A stretch of DNA of 51,211 nucleotides from Bacteroidia bacterium (GTDB lineage Bacteria; Bacteroidota; Bacteroidia; Bacteroidales; VadinHA17), in assembly GCA_026391215.1 (NCBI GenBank), contig JAPLDX010000047.1, positions 1 through 51,211 of the forward strand. The letters are read 5' to 3'. A program made the position numbers and the translations under genes. The notes below the pieces were generated by a model, which had not been told where the DNA came from, did not search any database, and worked only from the letters and a program-made list of their open reading frames with translations. Positions 42,469 to 50,638 of the stretch are shown piece by piece. Within the stretch, counting starts at the first letter, position 1. Each line of letters starts with the position of its first letter.

Positions 42469-43190
42469 TCATTCTTTTTTCTTTCTTTCCAATGGAATTA
42501 TTCCGGCCATCTCTCCAATGATATTTACCAATTCAGTTCCTGCCGGAACAACAATTTTAGCATTATTTCCAAGTGATGCTTCAAGAGCCTCTAACTTTCG
42601 CAATAACTGTGCACAGCTGTAGCAGAATCTATAGCCGCTATTTTTTCATTTTCAGCTTTTACCACTTTGTTCATGGTATCCTGTACATCACTTGGAGGGT
42701 CAATTTCTTTCAACTCTGTCCGGACAATTTCAATACCCCAGGTCTGGGTTTCATTATGGAGTGTCCTATATAGTTCAGAATTAATTTTTCCTCTTTCGCT
42801 GTTGGCCGATTTAAGCGTGAGTGTACCTATAATATTACGCAGAGTGGTGCGTGCCAGATTAACGATCTGCAATCTGTAATTATTAACATTGTATATTGAT
42901 CCCTTAACACTTTCTTCTTCAGATTTCACCCTGAAATAAACCTGTGCATCAACGCTTGCATTCAGATTATCGTTTGTGATTATTTCCTGTGGCTGGGCAT
43001 CTACCATCTGTTCGGTCACATTAACCAGGTATAGTTTGTCAATAATCGGTATAATCCAGTGAAATCCCGGATTTGCAAAATTATGGTATTTCCCAAGCCT
43101 CTCAATTAAAGCTCGTTGTGTTGGTCGTACAATTCTGATTCCGGCAAGAAATACCAGTACAATTGGAGTTATTACATACAAATAGTTCAT
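42469..43190 (-). pseudogene. SPFH/band 7 (QmcA-like) gene with an internal deletion and frameshift
   Basis: SPFH domain (IERLGKY...VDAQVYF...ARTTLRNIIG) is intact to AAIDSATA; a family-like C-terminus AQLLRKLEALEASLGNNAKIVVPAG...KKKE* follows in another frame at 42612-42469. Confidence 0.78.
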
Positions 43191-43469
43191 TTTAATTTCC
43201 TTTCTTTTAATAAATGATTATGTTTCAAAATGGGATTAACGAGCTCGCAAGCTCTATTGTATTTAGAATGAAATGATGTAACTCCTTAAATAATCCTTGA
43301 CAGCATTATAGAAAAGATAATAATCTATATGCCTTATTTTCTATAAAGATAACAATAAATATCTGAAAATCAATATGTATTGATTGTGACATAGCCAGAG
43401 TAACATTCTATATTAATCAGGATTAGCTCTATTTTGGCCATAACCGGCTGTGCGGGCCGGCAGGCAGGT

Positions 43470-43607
43470 TCATGTCGAATTTATCTCATGGGTAGTTTTG
43501 AAATAACCCTTTATCGTAATTTTCCTTGCCCTGCCAATAATAGCATTTTTCAATCGTTCTTTGAAGGAATAACTTTCATATAAACTCCCTATCTCTTTCC
43601 CATCCAT
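43470..43607 (-). pseudogene. Second 5' remnant of a KimA-like transporter (45-codon ORF, frameshifted)
   Basis: MDGKEIGSLYESYSFKERLKNAIIGRARKI then, in a shifted frame, DKGLFQ; aligns with remnant 1 (SYSFASRLKDNFIGKARAIQDKRIFH). Confidence 0.6.
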
Positions 43608-43673
43608 TATCTTGTTATTTAGATATACAATTTAAATCAGTTGCTCACCCTGTTTATTTATTCATAAACCGCG

Positions 43674-43740
43674 CAAAAGTATACAGCAGGAAATAAAGAC
43701 GTTATAAAGATTTGTCGGGGAGATATAATTATTTTACAAA
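43674..43740 (-). promoter_or_regulatory. Four-box KdpE-type promoter module C
   Basis: Minus strand TTTGTA-aaata-ATTATA-N15-TTTATA-acgtc-TTTATT-N10-TACTTTTG. Confidence 0.7.
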
Positions 43741-43788
43741 GGCACTGTGAATATTGTATGTGTCCCTGCTTCGGTTTGTAAAGTCATA

Positions 43789-43929
43789 TTAAATATGCTT
43801 CTTAGAATGGCTCTCCGGATCAAACTTCAGATATTCGTCTAATTTGAAAATATGCCCAATCAATTCCCCAATTGCAAAGATTAGGAACAAGCCACCGAAT
43901 AATTCAATTATTAATATCAGGCAGTCCAT
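43789..43929 (-). CDS. Unannotated 46-aa single-TM microprotein
   Basis: Hand translation MDCLILIIELFGGLFLIFAIGELIGHIFKLDEYLKFDPESHSKKHI; ATG is 26 nt after promoter module D, with an AT-rich leader. Confidence 0.6.
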   Translation of the reverse strand: MDCLILIIELFGGLFLIFAIGELIGHIFKLDEYLKFDPESHSKKHI

Positions 43930-43955
43930 AGTAATTTTGAAATTTATTGACGAAT

Positions 43956-44021
43956 CAAAATTACCAGGCAGTAAATAAAGGTTATATAAAGATTAACAGC
44001 AGGTTATAAATTTTTTATAAA
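43956..44021 (-). promoter_or_regulatory. Four-box KdpE-type promoter module D
   Basis: Minus strand TTTATA-aaaaa-TTTATA-N14-TTTATA-taacc-TTTATT-N10-TAATTTTG. Confidence 0.75.
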
Positions 44022-44041
44022 TAATTATCTTTTTAAATAAT

Positions 44042-44725
44042 TTAATTTCCAAATCTATATCCAATACCAGATTCTGTGATTAACAACTCAGGTTTTGAGG
44101 GATTTTCTTCTATCTTTTTCCTTAGTTGAGCTATAAAAACTCTGAGATATTGTGTTTGCTCATAATAACTATATCCCCATATCTCTCTTAATAAAAACTG
44201 ATGAGTCAAAACACGTCCTTGATTTTTAGCAAGAAGTGATAATAAGGAGAACTCTGTTGCAGTAAGTTTGACTATTTCGTTGTTTTTTCTCACTACATGG
44301 TTTATTAAGTCTATGCTCAGTGATCCAAACTCTAATATCGGGCTGTCAATCTTTTCTGTATTTAATCTTATTGCCGTACGAACTCTTGCAAGCAACTCTC
44401 CGCTCCTGAATGGTTTTGTTAAATAATCATTTGCCCCTTTATCTAATGCATAAATAATATCATCTTCAGAGTTTCTGACAGTTAATACAATTATTGGCTT
44501 ATTAAACCATTCCCTTAGTTTTACTAACAGTTCCAGCCCGTCAATATCAGGTAATCCAAGATCAAGGATTATTGCAGAGGGATTATGTGTTGCAGCAGAA
44601 GTAAGGCCCTCTTTACCGTCAGAAGCAAAGATGGTCTTGTATCCATTTGATGTAAGTGAGATTTCAAGGAGACGACGGATTTGTATCTCATCGTCAATTA
44701 TTAAGATGGTGTCGTTTTCATTCAT
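44042..44725 (-). CDS. kdpE: KdpE response regulator, copy 2
   Basis: About 80% identical to copy 1 by hand alignment, same length, last 39 aa identical. Confidence 0.9.
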   Translation of the reverse strand: MNENDTILIIDDEIQIRRLLEISLTSNGYKTIFASDGKEGLTSAATHNPSAIILDLGLPDIDGLELLVKLREWFNKPIIVLTVRNSEDDIIYALDKGANDYLTKPFRSGELLARVRTAIRLNTEKIDSPILEFGSLSIDLINHVVRKNNEIVKLTATEFSLLSLLAKNQGRVLTHQFLLREIWGYSYYEQTQYLRVFIAQLRKKIEENPSKPELLITESGIGYRFGN

Positions 44726-46251
44726 TCTTCGAGTTCTAAATTCTTTATATCAGGAATTTCAGTAGGTATTGTAATCGTAAATTTTGCCCCTTTTGTCTCC
44801 AGGTTCTCAACTTTAACAGTTCCTTTATGGGCTTCTACCAACCCTTTTACAATTGACAATCCTAAGCCCAGACCACCAGCTTTTAAACTATCAACCCTGA
44901 AAAATTTATTGAATATTTTGTCTAACGATTCTTGTGGGAATCCAGGACCATTGTCTTCAACAAGAATAATTAGATTACTTCCTCTATAATTGGCATTGAA
45001 TCTTATAATTGATCCAGCAGGGGTATATTGACAAGAGTTCAGAACCAGGTTATAAATAACTTGTTCCATCAAACCAAAATCCAGTCTTACTAATGGCATA
45101 TCAGTTGGGATTGAACTTAAAAGATGAAATTGTTCTAACTCCTGCTTAAGGATCTTAGTTACATTGTTCAAAAGATCATTAATATCACACCAATCTAACC
45201 GTGCAGATATTTTTCCACTTTCAAGACGTGACATATTTAAGAGATTCTCTACAAGGTGATTTAATCTTGCCGAGGCCTTGAATATTTCTTCAAAAAGTTG
45301 TGTTCTGTCTTTATCTGTAGTCTGTGGCATTAATAGGGTATCCGAAGCACCCATTATTGTAGCTATCGGTATTCTGAATTCATGGGAGATAAGTGTAAAA
45401 AGTGTTTTGTACAATTTATCCGATTCATCAAGTACCCGTGCTTTAAGCGCTAACTCACTCAGAAGTTCACGTTCAAGGGCATTTGATATCTGAGTAAAAT
45501 AACCAATCCAGAATATCTCTTTCTCACTTGAAAGTGATTTTTCGAATCCAATTGCGATTACTCCGGGACTAAGCTGCTTTCCAGTTAATGGGTAATATGT
45601 CAGGCTTGTCTCATTATAGAAATCCGTGAATCTCCCTGCTTTCATCGAATTTTTAAAGACCCATTCTGCTATTTTATAATCCACTCGAAAATGATCCTTT
45701 TCATTTCCTCGCTTGACCAATATTTCAATTTTGCTTTTCTTTTCCTGTAAGAAAAATATGGCGGAAGCATTGAAGTATTTCTTAACATCTAAAAATGCTA
45801 CATCTAATATTTCATTTACACCACTTGTATTTGACAGTTCTCTTGTTAATTTGAAAATTGCATTAGTCCGTTCTTCTCTTTCCAGAGCCAGCTTTTCCTG
45901 CCTGCGTATTCGATATGTCAAAATGCCATTAATCAGGGCAATAAAAAAGAAAGAGCCAAACATCAGCTTATCCTCTGTCTTTTCAATATGAAAAGCAAAG
46001 TGAGGAGGAATAAAAAAATAATTCCAAACAAGAGAGCTGATTGTTGAAGCAAGCAAAATAGGGCCTATACTCAAAAAAGCCGCCATTATCGAAACTACAA
46101 AAAGCAGAATGAATGAAACTATATAATATCCCTGCTGATTTGAAAGAGGCCTGCATAGTAATGCAGTTAATGCAATAATAAAAATTACAATTAAATACTG
46201 ATTGATCTTAGAGGTAAGTATTGAATATGATATTTTTTTAATCTCCTGCAT
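44722..46251 (-). CDS. Short KdpD-like sensor kinase (TM, GAF, HisKA, HATPase; lacks the N-terminal KdpD and Usp domains)
   Basis: WNYFFIPP TM motif, ISHEFRIPIATIMGASDTLL and GLGLGLSI; collinear with the C-terminal part of 24426-27104; own TAATTTTG -7 box at 46278-46285 (minus). Confidence 0.88.
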   Translation of the reverse strand: MQEIKKISYSILTSKINQYLIVIFIIALTALLCRPLSNQQGYYIVSFILLFVVSIMAAFLSIGPILLASTISSLVWNYFFIPPHFAFHIEKTEDKLMFGSFFFIALINGILTYRIRRQEKLALEREERTNAIFKLTRELSNTSGVNEILDVAFLDVKKYFNASAIFFLQEKKSKIEILVKRGNEKDHFRVDYKIAEWVFKNSMKAGRFTDFYNETSLTYYPLTGKQLSPGVIAIGFEKSLSSEKEIFWIGYFTQISNALERELLSELALKARVLDESDKLYKTLFTLISHEFRIPIATIMGASDTLLMPQTTDKDRTQLFEEIFKASARLNHLVENLLNMSRLESGKISARLDWCDINDLLNNVTKILKQELEQFHLLSSIPTDMPLVRLDFGLMEQVIYNLVLNSCQYTPAGSIIRFNANYRGSNLIILVEDNGPGFPQESLDKIFNKFFRVDSLKAGGLGLGLSIVKGLVEAHKGTVKVENLETKGAKFTITIPTEIPDIKNLELEE

Positions 46252-46372
46252 TTAAATCATTTAATCTCAGGTATATACAAAATTAGCTTATTAGTATCTA
46301 AGTTACTCATTATAACAAATGAAATAAAAAATATGTATTAATTATTATCTGAAGAAGACGTGATTTAAAATC

Positions 46373-46439
46373 TTTATAAAATCTTTATACATTCTATTGT
46401 CTTATTTTCAACTTCTTTATAATACTCCATCTACTTTTG
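46373..46439 (+). promoter_or_regulatory. Four-box KdpE-type promoter module E (kup)
   Basis: TTTATA-aaatc-TTTATA-N15-TTTTCA-acttc-TTTATA-N10-TACTTTTG. Confidence 0.8.
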
Positions 46440-46519
46440 CCAGGTTTATTCAATAAGAATAAGCTAAACATTTTTGATTTGAGCAACAGAAGTATTAAAT
46501 GCAACATTATAAGTGAATT

Positions 46520-48475
46520 GTGGATTTTGGAGGGAGGCATTTGGATATTAAGAAACTCTCATTAGCGGGAGTTGTTGTTGCATTGGGTATTGTTTTCGGA
46601 GATCTCGGAACAAGCCCTCTTTATGTAATGAAGGCAATAGTAGCTGGAGGAGGTGAATTCAATGAACTTCTAATTTATGGTTCTATGTCCTGTATATTTT
46701 GGACATTGACTCTCCAAACTACAATAAAATATGTACTTATAACCATGAGGGCAGACAATAAGGGAGAAGGTGGAATTTATGCCCTTTTTGCCCTTTTAAA
46801 AAGGAAACCTTCATGGGCTGCGATATTAACAATGATTGGCGCAAGTGCATTATTAGCTGATGGAGTAATAACTCCGGCAATTACTGTTACATCGTCAATC
46901 GAAGGGTTACAGCTGTACAATCCCGAAATACCTGTAATCGCCATAGTTCTATTAATATTTGCTGGTCTTTTCTTTATGCAGCAATATGGAACAAACATCG
47001 TTGGAACTTCATTTGGGCCTATTATGGTCATTTGGTTTTTAATGCTTTCATTTTTAGGTTTAAGTCAACTTATCAATCACCCTGAAGTACTAAAAGCATT
47101 AAATCCTTATTATACTATACTCTTCCTGACAAAATATCCCGGAGGATTTATATTACTGGGAGCTGTTTTTCTTGCCACTACCGGAGCAGAAGCCTTATAT
47201 TCTGACCTTGGGCATTGTGGAATAAAAAACATAAGGATATCATGGATATTTGTAAAAACTGCTCTTGTCCTTAACTATCTTGGTCAGTGTGCATGGTTAA
47301 TAACTAAAGAGGGTCTTCAAGCTGATGTAAATCCATTTTACGGGATAATGCCAGGATGGTTTTTAGTCCCGGGAATTTTTATTGCTACAGCAGCAGCTAT
47401 TATAGCCAGTCAGGCTCTTATAACCGGATCATTCACACTTATAAGTGAAGCAATATCCCTGAATTTCTGGCCAAAACTCAGAATCTTAAATCCCACTTTT
47501 TTAAAAGGACAGGTTTATGTACCGTATGTAAACTGGTTTTTATGGATTGCCTGCAGTTTCGTGGTTGTTTTCTTCAAAAAATCCTCTAATATGGAAGCTG
47601 CGTATGGCCTCTCTATAACTTTGACGATGATAATGACCACTCTGTTATTATCGTTCCATTTATATCAAAAAGGAATAAAACATAGATTTATACTTTTGCT
47701 TTTGCTTGTCTACCTGACCATAGAAGGTAGTTTCCTTATTGCCAATCTCCATAAATTCAGCAATGGAGGATGGTTTACATTACTTTTAGCTTCTCTGTTT
47801 TCTTTGATTATGTATGGTTGGTATTTTGGGAGAAAACTAAAGAACAGATATGTAACATTCGTCAGGCTGGATAAATACATTGAATTATTTAAGACGCTGG
47901 CAAAGGATAATTCAGTGCCAAAGATGGCAACCAACCTTGTTTATATCATTAAAGCAAACATACCTGATCAGGTTGAATCAAAAGTAATTCATTCAATATT
48001 CCACAAACAGCCTAAACGGGCAAATATATACTGGTTTATTCATGTTGATAGAACTGATGAACCAGATACTTTTAATTATAGGGTAACACATATCATCCCG
48101 GAAGTGTTGATCAGGATAGATTTTTACATAGGTTTTAGAGTCGTACCCAAAATTAATCTCTATTTCAAAGAGGTTCTGGAAGACCTGACTGAGTCAGGTG
48201 AGATTAAACTTGAAAGTAGCTTTGATTCTCTCAGGAAGCGGTCTTTCCCTTCAGATTTCATTTATATTCTTATTGACAGAGTCATGACTAAGGACTATCA
48301 ACTTTCATCTCTTGAAAACGTTACTCTTTTCCTTCATAATATTTCAAGATTAATATGTATTTCCGACGTAAATGCATTAAACCTTGATTCAACTAATACT
48401 ATTGAGGAGAAAGTCCCTATCACTATTAGCCAACCTCTAAATGGAAGAATTAGCAGGTCAGTGAAAACAGAATAG
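46520..48475 (+). CDS. kup: KUP/HAK/KT family K+ transporter (GTG start)
   Basis: GIVFGDLGTSPLY, ADNKGEGG, DGVITPAI, TGAEALYSDLGH and AAYG motifs. Confidence 0.96.
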   Translation: MDFGGRHLDIKKLSLAGVVVALGIVFGDLGTSPLYVMKAIVAGGGEFNELLIYGSMSCIFWTLTLQTTIKYVLITMRADNKGEGGIYALFALLKRKPSWAAILTMIGASALLADGVITPAITVTSSIEGLQLYNPEIPVIAIVLLIFAGLFFMQQYGTNIVGTSFGPIMVIWFLMLSFLGLSQLINHPEVLKALNPYYTILFLTKYPGGFILLGAVFLATTGAEALYSDLGHCGIKNIRISWIFVKTALVLNYLGQCAWLITKEGLQADVNPFYGIMPGWFLVPGIFIATAAAIIASQALITGSFTLISEAISLNFWPKLRILNPTFLKGQVYVPYVNWFLWIACSFVVVFFKKSSNMEAAYGLSITLTMIMTTLLLSFHLYQKGIKHRFILLLLLVYLTIEGSFLIANLHKFSNGGWFTLLLASLFSLIMYGWYFGRKLKNRYVTFVRLDKYIELFKTLAKDNSVPKMATNLVYIIKANIPDQVESKVIHSIFHKQPKRANIYWFIHVDRTDEPDTFNYRVTHIIPEVLIRIDFYIGFRVVPKINLYFKEVLEDLTESGEIKLESSFDSLRKRSFPSDFIYILIDRVMTKDYQLSSLENVTLFLHNISRLICISDVNALNLDSTNTIEEKVPITISQPLNGRISRSVKTE

Positions 48476-48546
48476 AATGATCATAAAGTTGAACACTTTT
48501 TTTTATCACCTCCAATTATTGATAGGTTTGTACTATATTTGCAGAC

Positions 48547-48852
48547 ATGGGGAAAATAAAAAAATCCAAACGCTATCTGTTTTTAACACTTACTTTTTTA
48601 TTGTTAATAGCTAATTGTGTATCTATTAATTTGATCCCCCAGAACGAAATAATTTTAACTTGTGAATGTCCGGATTTTTCAGACAATTGTGAACATTCAC
48701 ATAACCAAAGTCTGGAAGATGATGTCCTATACGTTGAAAAAACAATAAATCTCTGCAAATTAGAAATTCATAAGAATTTACTTTCATTTTCTAATTCTAA
48801 TTTCAAAAACATTTTCATTTCACAAATCTGGCAGCCACCAAAAAACTCTTAA
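48547..48852 (+). CDS. Small Cys/His-containing exported or membrane protein with C-terminal IWQPPK (candidate regulatory leader)
   Basis: N-terminal hydrophobic segment, CECPDFSDNCEHSH and ...SQIWQPPKNS*; TATATTTG -7 box at 48534-48541; ends 49 nt before the CDF gene. Confidence 0.7.
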   Translation: MGKIKKSKRYLFLTLTFLLLIANCVSINLIPQNEIILTCECPDFSDNCEHSHNQSLEDDVLYVEKTINLCKLEIHKNLLSFSNSNFKNIFISQIWQPPKNS

Positions 48853-48901
48853 TCCATTTCATTTGTTGTTCAGTAGAGTTTAATTATTCAACTTTTCTAA
48901 A

Positions 48902-49810
48902 ATGGTAAAAGAGAAAAAAAGGGTGGCGCTAATCTCTGTTTTTGCCGCTATATTTTTAACAGGATTTAAGTTGGTTATTGGCATTTTGACAGGCAGCCTG
49001 GGGATTCTATCCGAAGCATTGCATTCGGGACTCGATTTGGTTGCAGCTGTAATAACGTATTTTTCAGTCAGGATTTCTGATAAACCAGCCGACACGGAAC
49101 ATAACTATGGACATGGTAAGATCGAGAATTTCTCTGCCTTGATCGAAACCATCTTGCTTCTTATCACCTGTGGATGGATTATATCCGAAGCAATGGAAAG
49201 ACTTATATCCGGAAAGACTCAAATTGAGGTAAATGTTTGGAGTTATGTAGTTGTAATCAGCTCAATTATAATTGATACAACACGCTCACGAGCACTATAC
49301 AAAGTTGCAAAGAAGTACAATAGTCAGGCTCTTGAGGCGGATGCATTACATTTCTCGTCAGACATCTGGAGTTCAGCTGTCGTATTATTCGGTCTTATTT
49401 GTGCGAACTTTGGCTTTTTCTTTGCCGATTCTGTTGCTGCATTGGTTGTTGCTTTAATTGTATTGTTTGTCTCATATAAGCTGGGGAAAAGAGCTGTAGA
49501 TGTTTTACTCGATAAAGCGCCACAAGAGACAACTGAGAAAGTCAAACAAGTATTGACTACATATAACGAAGTGAAGAAATTCCATAGTTTAAAAATTCGA
49601 ACAGCGGGTGCTGATACTTTCATAAAGTTCAATATTCATTTAGAGCCGGATTCAAGCCTTAGAAATGTCCATGAATTATGCGATAAGATTGAAAAAGACT
49701 TAATTGGTATAATCCCAAGAAGTGAAGTATATATTCATGCCGAGCCTCAGGATATTAGCCACATTCAGGCAGAAACTATGACAACCTTTCCAACGAACGC
49801 GGGAGACTAA
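48902..49810 (+). CDS. Cation diffusion facilitator (FieF-like) metal transporter
   Basis: SEALHSGLD, KPADTEHNYGHGKIE, ADALHFSSD and IHAEP motifs. Confidence 0.93.
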   Translation: MVKEKKRVALISVFAAIFLTGFKLVIGILTGSLGILSEALHSGLDLVAAVITYFSVRISDKPADTEHNYGHGKIENFSALIETILLLITCGWIISEAMERLISGKTQIEVNVWSYVVVISSIIIDTTRSRALYKVAKKYNSQALEADALHFSSDIWSSAVVLFGLICANFGFFFADSVAALVVALIVLFVSYKLGKRAVDVLLDKAPQETTEKVKQVLTTYNEVKKFHSLKIRTAGADTFIKFNIHLEPDSSLRNVHELCDKIEKDLIGIIPRSEVYIHAEPQDISHIQAETMTTFPTNAGD

Positions 49811-49827
49811 TTACTTTATTGCTTGTG

Positions 49828-50532
49828 TTAATAGTTTTTCTTTTCTACTTGTTTTAAAATGTCGTTCATCATATCTATCTGAACTTTTTGTAACTCCAGG
49901 AGTTCTTGCTGTTGGTCCATAATAAAATGGTCAATTTTTTCATGTAGTGTCCTTATCTCTAATTCTGATTTAAGGTTTATCATATAGTCTTTCTTAGACC
50001 TATCCCTGTCTTTTTCTTCCTGTCGATTCTGACTCATCATAATCACTGGTGCTTGCAACGCTGCCAGACACGACAAAATTAGATTTAGAAGTATGAACGG
50101 ATAGGGGTCAAATCCTTTATTGATAAGCCAAAATATATTGATAGAAATCCAGATAACAATAAACACTCCAAATGAAATAATAAATGTCCAGCTGCCACCA
50201 AATGAAGCAACTTTGTCAGCAATTCTTTGTCCGGTAGTTAATATTTGTTTCTCGTCACCGTCTATTTTATCTGTTAAAGTATTATTGTTAGTTACTGAGG
50301 TTAACACGGTCTTTTCAAGTTCAGTCAGCTCTCCAATTTCTTTAACCAGATAATCCGAGATGGCCTTTTCTCTATAGCTATTTAGTTCGCTCAGAGAAAT
50401 ATAGCTCTCATGTGAAAACTGAGGATTATCTTTTTGAATTAAATTTAAAATAGAATGTCTGATTGTTTTAGCCGAAACTTTTTCAGAAATCGGAAAATCT
50501 ATGTTTGAGATATCACTACGAAAAGTTTTCAT
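49828..50532 (-). CDS. DUF1003 domain membrane protein
   Basis: GQRIADKVASFGGSWTFI and FDPYPFILLNLILSCLAALQAPVIMMSQNRQ motifs. Confidence 0.9.
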   Translation of the reverse strand: MKTFRSDISNIDFPISEKVSAKTIRHSILNLIQKDNPQFSHESYISLSELNSYREKAISDYLVKEIGELTELEKTVLTSVTNNNTLTDKIDGDEKQILTTGQRIADKVASFGGSWTFIISFGVFIVIWISINIFWLINKGFDPYPFILLNLILSCLAALQAPVIMMSQNRQEEKDRDRSKKDYMINLKSELEIRTLHEKIDHFIMDQQQELLELQKVQIDMMNDILKQVEKKNY

Positions 50533-50638
50533 ATTTTGATTTTTTGTTTTTTAAAATGGCGGATAACTCGTTTATATGTCTGCTAAAGGTAAATATAATT
50601 GATCATGCGGGTTTTGTGATTCCCCGATACACTCTTTT

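Noticed and set aside
43260-43370. Sixth four-box promoter upstream of the SPFH gene
   Set aside because: Only isolated TTTATA-like words are present; the 5/15/5/10 spacing and a matching -7 box are not met.
46440-46519. c-di-AMP (ydaO) riboswitch ahead of kup or kdp
   Set aside because: The leaders are short and AT-rich with no recognisable paired GC-rich elements; the four-box promoter explains the conservation.
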